This document shows, piece by piece, positions 31,216-45,495 of a DNA stretch of 64,000 nt (position 1 is the first letter of the stretch; each line of letters starts with the position of its first letter). The DNA comes from Eledone cirrhosa (Eukaryota): positions 81,964,001 to 82,028,000 of the forward strand of contig OZ024744.1 of assembly GCA_964016885.1 (NCBI GenBank). The letters run 5' to 3'. Made by a program: the position numbers and the translations under genes. A model generated the notes under the pieces. That model ran no database searches. It was not told where the DNA came from and was given only the letters and a program-made list of their open reading frames with translations.

Positions 31216-32078
31216 ATATATAAATATATTAATACGTTGGCGACATTACAATACCTCGAGGTGCTTCATGCACGTATGATACTGCAACATCGTGCTACAC
31301 ACTGTCCTACTCAATGCTAACTGGAGTTAATTAGTTGTAGAGTATTTCTCTATGGAATCACTAGTGAGTTAGCAAAATTGAACAAATTCATAGGGTAATG
31401 AACAAAAGCTTAATATGATCAGCGACTAACGATCATCAGATCAATCAATGAAGACATCAAAATTATTGATATATCCCACAAATCAATTATGGTCATCAAC
31501 AAAAATTAATATGCCAACATTAAAAATCGATAATCGGTTAAGTCAATAAAAACACGCACACACACAAAAAAAAAGTTGAATATTTATCCAAACTAGTACT
31601 AGTTTCACCAGAAGCCGGACTGCTTGTAGCAGGGGCCTCGTTTGCCTTAAAAATGTGAGAGGGACAAACCAACATTTGTTGATTACTAAAGGAGCATGTT
31701 AGTATTGCTTATGGTGCTTTTCCCGGAACCTATCACATAAGTAAAATTTTATATATTCAAATGAAGTTCAGATATAAAAAAATAAGCTTAAAAAGAATTT
31801 ATTATATCAAATAAACAAAAAATAAAACATAGACCTTTGAAAAAGTTTGGGGGGTATCCCTCTGAAACAAGGCTCTTGGCTGGTAGCAATTACATAAATA
31901 CCTATATATTCAAACAATCAATTGTATCAACCCGGAACAGGCATAGTGGGATTTGTCCAGTAAAATATGTTGGAATTCACCAGCCTCTGTCTTCACGTGT
32001 TCTGCCACCACAATAAAGCAATAAAGGGCAGTTGGCTACACGGCTGAATAGTTAAAAAGAGAGGTAGGAAAAGGAAAG

Positions 32079-32117
<39 letters not shown>

Positions 32118-32121
<4 letters not shown>

Positions 32122-32577
32122 TAAGAGGAATTCCAACTTTGTCTGATTTACTCGTTTTATTTACAATCCTTTAAAATTTATAATGGTATTATAATGAAAT
32201 AGTATGATAGAATATTAAATTCTAAGTGTTAATTGAACAAGTACTTTCATGCTTTCGCAATCTTCAGGTTCATAATATGTGGTGACAGTCAAGTTTGCAA
32301 TTTTCAACTGTAATAAGATGGGTAAATTTTCTACCTTTTATACAGGGAAAAGTGGCTCCAGAATGCTAAATCTTGGAAACTGTATTTCGACCAATCAGTG
32401 TGTAGTTTCACTGAATTACTAAAGCAGATTGGTTTAAGCGTCACGGCTGGTTGAGCATGTCTAACGACCAATAATTAATCATATCCAAAGCATCAATTGT
32501 TTTGCTATTTTTAGAAATGATGAAAATAGCATTTTCTATTAATCATCACCATCAACATCACTTTTATTATTATTATT

Positions 32578-32625
<48 letters not shown>

Positions 32626-34058
32626 AGTGGTTGTAGTCATAGTCATAGTAGAAGTAATACCCCTAAGCGTTATTATTGTTCATTTAGCTTGGGTTTGAAT
32701 TTATCAATAAAATTCTTTTCTTTGATTTTTCTCTTGATTTCACTTGAGCTGTGTAATTTGTAGAATGGGAATATTATAAATATTCCCTGACCACATGTTG
32801 CTAGATGGTTACTTAGGGCTATCTGACGGACATTTGGGTCTCTGATTTGTTGACGGTGTACCCGTGCACGTTCCGATAGTGCATTTCTAGTTTGACCGAC
32901 ATATAGTTCTTCACAATTCGGGCATTTAATGCAGTAAATTAGATTTCTGCTTTTGCAGTTCATATTTGCATTTGGGAATATTTTTCCAGTTTTTGTTTTC
33001 ATATATTGACCGGCGTGTATGGATTGATATGTGCCACATCGACTATCATTGCATTTAGATACAGTGAATGATTGGTCTTTGTTGTTAAGGTCAAACTTTG
33101 CTTTTGTTAGTAATTGCTTCAAATTTGTTGGCTGTCTTTTACTAAGAGTCAAAGATCGATCTGTGATTAAGCCTTTTAATTCATTACTTTGAGCAATGAT
33201 CGGAAGGTTTGCTTTGGCAGTGTTGAAGATATTCTGGTGACATGGGTTGTGTGTCATTATAAATGGTATGACCAGTTCTTGGTTTCTTCTTCCTTGGGTT
33301 GTCCTAATTTGTTGTATAGGTATTTTTATAGCCCGCTGTATGCCATTTTCTATAAGTAGAGATGGGTATTTTTGTTTGAGCAAAAATTCTCTTAGTTCTG
33401 TTAGGCGTTTGTACCTGGTATTCGTATCTTCTACAATGGTACAAATTCTTCTGGCTAGGCAGTATGGGATGTTGCGTTTTGTATGAGGTGGATGGCACGA
33501 CTTAAAATTCAGATATTGATGGGTGTCTGTGTGTTTATAATATATATCCGTGGTAATGGTGGTGTCGTTTTTGATTATTATTATATCTAGGAATGGTAAT
33601 TTGGTCCTACTCATCTCTTTTGTGAATTGGAGAGATGGGTGTAGGTTATTCAGGAGGATATTGAACTCATCCAGAGTATCTAGAGATTCTGTCCAGATGA
33701 TGAAACAGTCGTCAAGGTATCTCTTCCAAGATTTTTCAATGTACTTTCTAAAGTCAGTACTATATTTTTCCTCTATTTCTTCGTAGAGTTGTTGTTCTAA
33801 GTATCCCATTACAGAGTTCGCGTAAACGGAAGCAAACTTCGTTCCCATCGCTGTGCCTCTAATTTGGATGTAATTCTTTCCATTGAAGAAGAAAGTGTTG
33901 TTTTCCAGAATAAGTTTAACTGCGTCTAATATAAATGGCGCTATGAATCTGATGGGAATCACTTCTCTATGTTTTTCCACCCAGTATTTAACCGCCTTTA
34001 TTCCTAAATCATGTGTAATGTTGGTGTAAAGGCTTACCACATCAAAACTGAGTAGAAG
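32118..34058 (-). mobile_element. 5'-truncated Naiad-type PLE; open RT(part)-GIY-YIG frame 34058-32673, 3' pLTR ending in (TA)n
   Basis: SFDVVSLYTNI, QIRGTAMGTK, WKRYLDD, NLIYCIKC...YVGQT; clearly homologous to 37295-39565. Confidence 0.9.
32234..32272 (-). ncRNA. Minimal type I hammerhead (U10.1-U11.1)
   Basis: TGAAC-CTGAAGA-tTGC gaaa GCAt-GAAA-GTAC-TT-GTTCA with palindromic AAGTACTT. Confidence 0.8.
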
Positions 34059-34059
34059 T

Positions 34060-35980
<1,921 letters not shown>

Positions 35981-36125
35981 ACAATAAAAAAATAAGACTT
36001 CAGTTGCATTTTCGATTTCATCCCTTTTTCTTTATACTTCCACTCGTGTAGGACACCTCGGTTATTTTTCATTTTGTAAAAAAAACCTCACTTTCTAATA
36101 TATACCCACCACACGAAGACCGAAA

Positions 36126-37328
36126 ATGCCACCAAAGTCTCAACAAAACAACAACTCACTGAACCAGGACATCTTAAATGAACTCAAAGAGATTTCCTCT
36201 AAACTCTCAATTTTGACCAACAAAGTGGACCAAATACACATCTATAAAAAAGGACCCCACGAAGAAACAGAAAATACCCAAGAGACGAATATTACTCCAG
36301 TATTAACTAAGCTAATCGAAACCATTGAAACAGCAATGCTCCAAAAGCTTGAACAACCGTTAGAACCCAATCTACGAGATGTCCACTCAGTGAAAAACAC
36401 CCTAATCAACATATGGACTCAAAAGCTCACAGCCCGCAAATTCGCCCTTTGGAATCTCCTAAAAAATAATGGCAAGGCAGACATATATGAAAAGTGGCTA
36501 AACTCTACCCCAATCATCCTCCCCAAAAAACTCCAAATAAAACCAATCCCGAATGAACCAGAAAACCAACAAAGACTTAGGGAAAAGATGGCATTGGAAA
36601 AATTTAAAACAGAAATAGAACTGTTGCGATTAAGAGCCAACTCCAACGAAGAAAAATTCAAGTCACTCGACCAACAGATGGACACAGAAATCTCAAAGCA
36701 CTCTGAAGGCCTACTCTACAAAAAAACCCTAAAACTTTGGAAAGAAAACTGTGAGGATGAAGAACTCACATCCCTCCAGCGATGGGAAAAAAACGCCACC
36801 TGGTTCAACAACTACGAAATGGACTTCAAAAATGAACAACATACAGGTAACCAATTTTTAAAACAAACTAAAACTCACACACCACATGCACAACAAATAA
36901 CAAAAAAAGTAACAAAACGTCCAACATACCCCCAGCAAAACTATAACGATAATCCCAGAAACCATAGACAAAACTATAACCCTACTAACAAAAACCAAAG
37001 ATCCCCGAACACAAGGCAGGACCTGATCTGCAGATCACAACCCACACAAAACCTATTCCAAAACCGTAGACCCCTGCCCACACAGAGCCTGTTCCAAAAC
37101 CATAGATCCCAACCCACACAAAGGAACCAAATCTACAACCCGGACTATCAACAAACCGAACCTCAATACGTCCGAAACTTCTATACAAGACCACACAACC
37201 ACAGGGGAAATATCATTAGATATAATAATACCAATGAAAAAACATTCCAGAAAAATCATTTTTTAGACCAAGGCTACAGGACTCACGACACCCGGTGGCA
37301 CAAACCGATTTTGAAAAACCGAAAATAA
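36126..37328 (+). CDS. PLE ORF1, 400 aa: coiled-coil/helical N-terminus, Q/N/R/P-rich disordered C-terminus
   Basis: ATG start, uninterrupted non-repetitive ORF inside the element; heptad-like ILNELKEISSKLSILTNKVDQI; short repeats RSQPTQNLFQN. Confidence 0.8.
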   Translation: MPPKSQQNNNSLNQDILNELKEISSKLSILTNKVDQIHIYKKGPHEETENTQETNITPVLTKLIETIETAMLQKLEQPLEPNLRDVHSVKNTLINIWTQKLTARKFALWNLLKNNGKADIYEKWLNSTPIILPKKLQIKPIPNEPENQQRLREKMALEKFKTEIELLRLRANSNEEKFKSLDQQMDTEISKHSEGLLYKKTLKLWKENCEDEELTSLQRWEKNATWFNNYEMDFKNEQHTGNQFLKQTKTHTPHAQQITKKVTKRPTYPQQNYNDNPRNHRQNYNPTNKNQRSPNTRQDLICRSQPTQNLFQNRRPLPTQSLFQNHRSQPTQRNQIYNPDYQQTEPQYVRNFYTRPHNHRGNIIRYNNTNEKTFQKNHFLDQGYRTHDTRWHKPILKNRK

Positions 37329-39565
37329 TTAACATTTCAAATACAAACCTCTCAGCCCAACAAGTAAAAATTCTCTCCAAAGGTCTGAAATTCACACCAA
37401 CACCACAATATCCTAACCCCAACGAGATAAATGACGATATCTCACACTTCTGTAGAAAATTACGTCTCACAGAGGAATTCTTTGACAAGGAGAATAACGA
37501 CGAATCAATTGTACGGAATAAAAGCAGCTACAACCCAACAAAAGGTAGAAACAGAGTTCTGGACAAATTTTGTGACCACATAGCTACCTTCCCATACCAT
37601 GAACTACCGCAACCTAAACCCAAACCCAACACAAGTCGAAGGGAATGGGAGATTATCCATGAACTAAAAAACAATCCGGACATTGTAATTAAGGAAGCGG
37701 ACAAGGGAAGTACTGTTGTCATTATGGAGGCTGAAAAATATAAAAATTCTATGTTCTCTCTCTTACAAAATGCTAATTACTATGAAAGAGTAAAAAACTA
37801 CCAGCAATCAAAAATAATGACCAAATTAAACACACTGATTTATCGATACCAGGAAGACCTAACTAAAAAGGAACGCGATTATTTAACAAATTTTGAATAC
37901 AAAACCAGCAACCTTTACGGACTTCCGAAGATCCACAAATGTAAAATAATCAACGATGCCTGTAAACAATCCACCTCAGCCTGCGTGAACACACAATACC
38001 CCACAGACCTTAAATTAAGACCAATTGTAGCGGGCCCACAATGTGAAACACACAGATTTAGCAACTTTATAGACATACTACTGAAACCAATACTGAAACA
38101 CATACCAAGCCTTGTAAGAGACGATCTGGACCTCTTAAACCACCTCCCCAAACATGTCAACAACGACACTATTATTGTGTCTTTCGATGTAGTGAATCTC
38201 TACACAACGATCCCACACCAATACGGACTAGAAGCAATAGGATTCTGGCTAGAGAAATATCCCAATGAGATACCTGACAGAATAGAAAAAAGCTTCATCA
38301 CCGAGGGATTAAAATTCATCCTACAGAACAACTTTTTTGATTTCGATGGCAATACTTACAAGCAAATATCGGGGACTGCGATGGGCACAAAAGCCGCTCC
38401 AACTTATGCCAACTTAGTCATGGCATACTTAGAAGTCCAGATATATGAACAGTCCAAATCAAAATACGGATTGAACTTCCACAAATATTTATCAGAGAAT
38501 TGGAAACGCTACTTGGATGATTGCCTCATTCTTTGGTCCCACACACTCGACCAACTGAAGGATTTCAAAAACTTAATAAACGGCATCAATAACCACATCC
38601 AATTCACAATGGAATACAGCCAAGATCAACTCCCATTTCTGGACATCTTAATCACAAAAAAAGACACAAATATCGAAACTGACATACACTACAAACCAAC
38701 AGATTCCAAACAATATCTGCTATTCACCTCCAACCATCCAAAGCACACGAAGACGAACATTCCTTTTAACCTAGCAAGAAGAATTTGCACAATTGTCTCC
38801 AATTATGAAACGCGAAATAAAAGACTTCAAGAATTAAAGGAAATTCTACTTGAGAGAGAGTACCCACTATTACTAATAAATAATGGAATAGAAAGGGCTA
38901 AAGCAATAGGCATTGATGAATTACGGAAACAGAAACAAATTCAAGGTACGTCCAATATTCTATCATATATCTCAACACACAACCCAAGAAATGCGGAAGC
39001 TTACAACACTATTCACAATAACATCCCACTACTAAAACAAAACCCAAGAATGAAAAAAGCCCTTGAAACACACAAAATAATCAAAAGCAAAAGACAACCA
39101 AAATCACTGAAAACATTACTCACCAATGCCAAATTACCTACCACAAACCCACATCCAAGTATCAAAAAATGTGGTCGCTCTAATTGTGGAACCTGCACTC
39201 ACCTCGTTGAAGGCAACACGTATACATTTAAATCAGGACAAAATTTTACTGTAAAAAATCACTTCACTTGCTCATCAAAAAATCTAATTTATGCCATTAA
39301 ATGTAAAGGATGCAATGAAGATTATATAGGACAAACTAAACTCACACTCAGAAACAGAATGACAGTTCATCGCCAACAATTACGAGATCCAACCACGAGA
39401 CAGATACCACTAAGTGCATATCTAGACATATGCGCAAGTAATAAGACACCCAAATTCCAAGTCTTCCCATTTTACCTTTGCGCTAACAATACAACAGAAC
39501 AAATGCGAATAAATAAGGAAAATATGTTTATTCAAAAATATAGACCAACATTAAATAATGTCTAA
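37238..39565 (+). CDS. PLE ORF2: reverse transcriptase + GIY-YIG endonuclease, -1 frame relative to ORF1
   Basis: LSKGLKFTPTP, IKEADKG, YGLPKIHK, RPIV, SFDVVNLYT, GTAMG, RYLDD, NLIYAIKC...YIGQT; frame is open from 37238 with no ATG before the conserved N-terminal motifs. Confidence 0.92.
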   Translation, partial: KNIPEKSFFRPRLQDSRHPVAQTDFEKPKIINISNTNLSAQQVKILSKGLKFTPTPQYPNPNEINDDISHFCRKLRLTEEFFDKENNDESIVRNKSSYNPTKGRNRVLDKFCDHIATFPYHELPQPKPKPNTSRREWEIIHELKNNPDIVIKEADKGSTVVIMEAEKYKNSMFSLLQNANYYERVKNYQQSKIMTKLNTLIYRYQEDLTKKERDYLTNFEYKTSNLYGLPKIHKCKIINDACKQSTSACVNTQYPTDLKLRPIVAGPQCETHRFSNFIDILLKPILKHIPSLVRDDLDLLNHLPKHVNNDTIIVSFDVVNLYTTIPHQYGLEAIGFWLEKYPNEIPDRIEKSFITEGLKFILQNNFFDFDGNTYKQISGTAMGTKAAPTYANLVMAYLEVQIYEQSKSKYGLNFHKYLSENWKRYLDDCLILWSHTLDQLKDFKNLINGINNHIQFTMEYSQDQLPFLDILITKKDTNIETDIHYKPTDSKQYLLFTSNHPKHTKTNIPFNLARRICTIVSNYETRNKRLQELKEILLEREYPLLLINNGIERAKAIGIDELRKQKQIQGTSNILSYISTHNPRNAEAYNTIHNNIPLLKQNPRMKKALETHKIIKSKRQPKSLKTLLTNAKLPTTNPHPSIKKCGRSNCGTCTHLVEGNTYTFKSGQNFTVKNHFTCSSKNLIYAIKCKGCNEDYIGQTKLTLRNRMTVHRQQLRDPTTRQIPLSAYLDICASNKTPKFQVFPFYLCANNTTEQMRINKENMFIQKYRPTLNNV
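37259..37299 (+). promoter_or_regulatory. Candidate -1 programmed ribosomal frameshift signal
   Basis: caT TTT TTA in the ORF1 frame (37259-37265), 7-nt spacer, stem GCTAC(A)GG / CC(G)GTGGC (37273-37299). Confidence 0.65.
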
Positions 39566-40049
39566 TATACATTATGTCAACACCACAATATGACATACAC
39601 ACACACACATAACACCTTCTACTTTAGAAAATAAAAACCCGAACTAAATAAACCTTAAACATACGTTTGCACTGGCAATACAACAGCAAACACGAAAAAG
39701 TCAGGAAAATATGTTCATTCAAAAATATTCCTACTAAAGGAATCATTTTCCTACACACACACATACACACATACACAATATATATATATATATATATATT
39801 CTCTTCATCTTAACATGCTAACCATACTCCCACACACATAACACCCATACACACACATAACAACCCCCACACCTACAACACCCTCCCCATTTCTACTAAT
39901 AGAACCACTTTCCTACACACATATATATATACACACACAAAATATATATTCTCTCTATCTAACATACTCGCACACACACACATAACACCCATATACACAC
40001 ACACACAACTCCCTCCCCCATCTCTACTAATAGAAATCATCTTCCAATA

Positions 40050-40097
<48 letters not shown>

Positions 40098-40623
40098 AGC
40101 ACACAAATAAACACATATCTTCAGTTTCAATAGAAAATCTGAACTCTGACACCTGAACTCTGACAGCTGGCCATATTCACTGAACCAGAACATTTCTCCC
40201 AATCCATTTTCCCTTGACCACTATCTCTCCATTGTCATAACATTCACTATAAAGACTACAGAATAGTTTTCCAAATAAGGGCGCAAAAATGTAATGAAAA
40301 CTTGTTCACGTAACAGCCAAATTTCATTTATAACCAACCAAAAAAAAAAAAAAAAAAAAAAAGCCTTCGTGAGCCTCATTTTTTCAAGTAAAAAGAAATT
40401 CAAACACTCATATATGAAAAAACAACCTGTGACAAACCCGCCCTCTCTTATTTGAAGAACTATTGTAACGCGAACTGGCGCGAAATTTATTATAATTATT
40501 GACAAACCAATCAAATTACTTCTCGAAAAACCTGCTTTTCGAGCCACTTTTTCCATATAAAACAAGTAACATTTAGAGACCAACCAGATGTGAGAAAAAC
40601 CACAGACCCTCCATCTCAACTCA

Positions 40624-40661
40624 CCTTTTGAAAAGCAGAAGAACTGCGAAACCGGTAAAGG
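40624..40661 (+). ncRNA. Minimal type I hammerhead, U3-A8 variant
   Basis: CCTT-TTGAAAA-GCAG aagaa CTGC-GAAA-CCG-GTA-AAGG with palindromic ACCGGT. Confidence 0.8.
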
Positions 40662-40733
40662 AACCAAATAAATATATATATTTAAAAAAAAAATAAGACT
40701 TCAGTTGCATTTTCGATTTCATCCCTTTTTCTT

Positions 40734-41821
<1,088 letters not shown>

Positions 41822-41879
41822 TATATATATGTATTAGTTTTGCGAGGTTTTTGTTATGAAATCGTGTGTCGAAACAAAT

Positions 41880-44800
41880 ATTGTTATAATTGGGGAGGGT
41901 CATATTTGTGTAATATTGCCAGAATTAATAACAGAACACACCCACTGTTTGGTTGGTTTTCGCTTTTCGCTTCTGTGTCTTTTATATCGGTAATCTAATT
42001 TATTCGGTCCTCAATGTTGCCATTGACTGACGAACGATCAACAATAATACAGATACAATATAGACACAAACACATATATATAGTTTATCAAAGTTCTTTC
42101 GTTGCACATCTGCAACATCGTCAGTGGTCCTATTGTTTCCTCCCGTTACATTGTATTTTCTACGCCATCTTTATTTAGTCTGCTTATATATTTATTTATT
42201 TGTTTGTTTTATTTTGTCTTCTTTGCGCATGCGTTTGCGTGTGTGTATTATGTTTTGTTTGATGTGTGTTCATGATTGGGTGACTGTGTATTGGTTAATG
42301 TATTCTATCTTTACTAGTGTGTGTTTATATGTGTTTGTTGTTATTGTGCTTGTGTATGTATTTATTTATTTATTTATCTATTTATTTATACTTCTCTTAG
42401 GTCAGTGTTGTTTGTTTGGGTATGTTGTTATTCCATTCATTCTTTCTGTTTAGCCTTGGACTTCTAAGTTCTATTTCACTGGCCTCTCTGATATGCCTAT
42501 CTGCTGGGTCATTTCTATGTTTAGATATTATTCTAATTTCTATGTTGTCTATGTTATCGTCGTGTTGTTGTCTGGCATGTTCGTATAGTACTGACCCGTT
42601 TTTTCGTCCTTTTAGTTCCCCCCAGTGTTGGTCTATCCTTTCACCTATGCTACGAGCTGTCTCGCCTTGTATGTTGTTGTCATGTTTCTGCAAGTATCCT
42701 CTGTACATCTTATACTATAGACTACGTTTCTAGTTTTATAGTTTATCCGGGGGTTTACCTTACATATGATACATTTCCTATTAGTACAGTGGGTTTTCTT
42801 AAAAAGGTAGGTTTTGCTGATCAGGGATTTTATGGTGGTTCCTGGCTATTCTACCACCTTAATCTTTAAGTGGGTATTTCTCAGCGCCTTTCTACACTGG
42901 TTAGCTAATTTCCCTCCAGGGGTAGCGTCCACAAGCATGACACTCTGGTATCTCTGGTTGTCGTACTATGAGGTGGCTTTCCCTATCTTATGTCTAGCCC
43001 TATCTAAGCTATTCCATGATTTGCTCCTGTATAATGGGCAAATTCCTTTCATGTCCAGTTCTATGAGGGTTTTATACTTCTCCATGGCTCCTTCGTATAC
43101 TCTGACTCTATCTCTTTGGTTGTAGCCAGAGAACTGCATGCGGTTGATGAAGTGTTGGATGTGTATTTCCATTTCTGTTGGGTCGCACATGCGGGACACA
43201 TTCTTCATCACTCGTACCAAATCTGCGATCAGAATATTAAACTTAACACTACTGGACATTGCTGAGTTTTTGAGTATCAGGTATTTGGAGGCCATGGGTT
43301 TAGCATAGTGTGAGTGGAGAATTTGAGCTCTCTCGTCTATAGTGTTAATCCAGAGTGCTGTGTCTAATACAGGTAGTCTATTGTTAGGGTGTTTGGAAGG
43401 GTAGTCGATAGTTACAGTTATACTCTGGTGTATGAAATTAGCTATCTGCTGGATGCTTTCCATTGTGCTACGTTCTAAACCAAACTTGTTAGTGCTCTCT
43501 AGTGGGGATGTTCTTATAGCTATATTGATATCGTCTACGTAACGAGAGTACATGATGAGGTCTATGGAGCTCTCATTAAGGAGATCTTTAAGTCTCCTTT
43601 CCCACCATACCATAAAAAGGTTGGCAACATCACCAGCTATGCTGATGCCAATGGCTGCTCCCTCATTTTGGGTGTAGATCTTCTCGTTGAACTTGAATAT
43701 GTGGCCCTCTAGGGTAGTTTTGATACTAGCCTCTATTGCATGTGCGACCATTTTTCTTACCTGATCATTGTTTTGGGGGGTCCGTATAGCTTTGGTCCAC
43801 CCAATCCACCTTCCCATGGGAGTCTTTTTAGCCAATGAGGTTATGGTGGGGGGTCTACCTCTTATGGGTCTACTAGGGCAGAAACGTCTAAGGTCATGGC
43901 TGTCTAGGTAGTCAGTGTCGTAGGTAAGTCTAAGTAGGAGGCCCTTTTCGTCTGTGTCGACGTTGCAGAACTCCACCTCACTCTCAATGATCATCTCCAC
44001 ACATTTTTCCACAGCAACATCAATGTTAATGGATGGGTACAGTGATACCACATCCATGCTGCCTATTATGCAGTTGGATAGGTTCCTGTTTTTGTTGCAC
44101 TCACTGATTCTGCTGAGGAGGTCCTCTGTACTGTCACATACATCTGGGGACTTCTTGATTATGGGGCGTATAACCATTGAGAGGAAGTAGGAGATCCTGT
44201 AGTTGCTAGCTGTATTTGCTCCGCATACGGGTCTTGTTGGTGGTCCTGTTGTCGGGTCGTCGACTGTCTTTTGGTCTTTGCGGAGCCCATACAAGGGTGG
44301 TATGTCATTGTTAGACGCCTGGAAGTTGTTGGCAGTGCGTCTGCTTGGCTTTAGGATGTCGGTCCACATCATCATGTGAGCGTTGAGGATTTTCTCTCTC
44401 CCATCATGTGTTTACTGTGCAATTTCGCTCGTGTTGTTGATGTGGGGTTGCATAGCCTTGATGTAGTTCGGCATGATATCTATTGACATCCTACCAGACT
44501 TATCCGTGGGTAGACATACTACGTCACCATCCCTTGTGCGTTGCTTGAGGCTAACCAAGCCTTCTACAGGTTTCCTCCAAGTTGTTGGGCCTCTGGTCTG
44601 CTCTGTCTCTTAGTATACCGGTCTACTATTTGTCTAATCTTATTTCTAGCTATGGTGAACTGTGCCTCTGTCTCGTCATCTATTTGTTGTGGTATGTAAA
44701 CTCTTTTATTAAAGGGTAACCTCGTAGGATAGATATTACCTATCTTATATGTTTTGCCAGCTGGGTTGAAAAATAGTTTCTATAAGGGGTTGTCATTATA

Positions 44801-45495
44801 TCTATCGTCATAGTTGTGTGTGTTGCTATTATTGTTATTATGGTGGTTGTTGTTGTTTCTATCATTAGCATTATTATTATTGTTATGATTGCTAGATGTA
44901 TTGTTGCTGTGATTGTTAGATGTATTGTTGTTATGATTACTAGGTGTATTGTTGCTGTGATTGTTAGATGTATTGTTGTTATGATTGCTAGATGTATTGT
45001 TGCTGTGATTGTTAGATGTATTGTTGTTATGATTGCTAGATGTATTGTTGCTGTGATTGTTGTTTACACCGTTATTGTTGTTGTTACTGTTATTTCTACC
45101 ATTGTGGTTGTTACTTTTATTATGTTTCTTGTTTTTGTTGTGTCTATCATTAATGTTGCTACATGTATTATTTCCATTATTACCACTGTGGTTGTTGTTG
45201 TTGTTCGTATTGTTACCGTTATTACTACTGTGGTCGCTGCTGCTGTGTCTGTAGTTAATGTTTCTATTATTATTATTGTGGTTGTTGTTGTTGTTCTGTC
45301 TATCGTTAGTATTATTACCATTATTACTATTTCTCACTCTCCTGCTATTGTTATTGTTATGACTATTACTATTATAGCTGTTATTTCTATATTCAGAGTT
45401 ATTGTTTATATTACTACTACCGTTATTATTGTTGTTGTTGTTGTTTACTTTTGCATTCTAACGTATTTTTGTGAAACACTTTTCCAGCTCCGTGA
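41880..45495 (-). mobile_element. PLE (RT + GIY-YIG), pseudogenised, with Asn-rich repeat in the N-terminal region
   Basis: PPLYGLRKD, TRPVCGA, SMDVVSLYPS, RYVDD, GETARSIGERIDQH; imperfect hammerhead CTGACGA...GAAA at about 42087-42130. Confidence 0.9.

Larger units (their letters stand above)
35985..40738 (+). mobile_element. Apparently full-length two-ORF Naiad-type PLE in (TA)n
   Basis: About 50-bp direct terminal repeat AAAAAAATAAGACTTCAGTTGC...CTTTATA at 35985-36035 and about 40686-40737; two long ORFs; 3' hammerhead. Confidence 0.9.
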
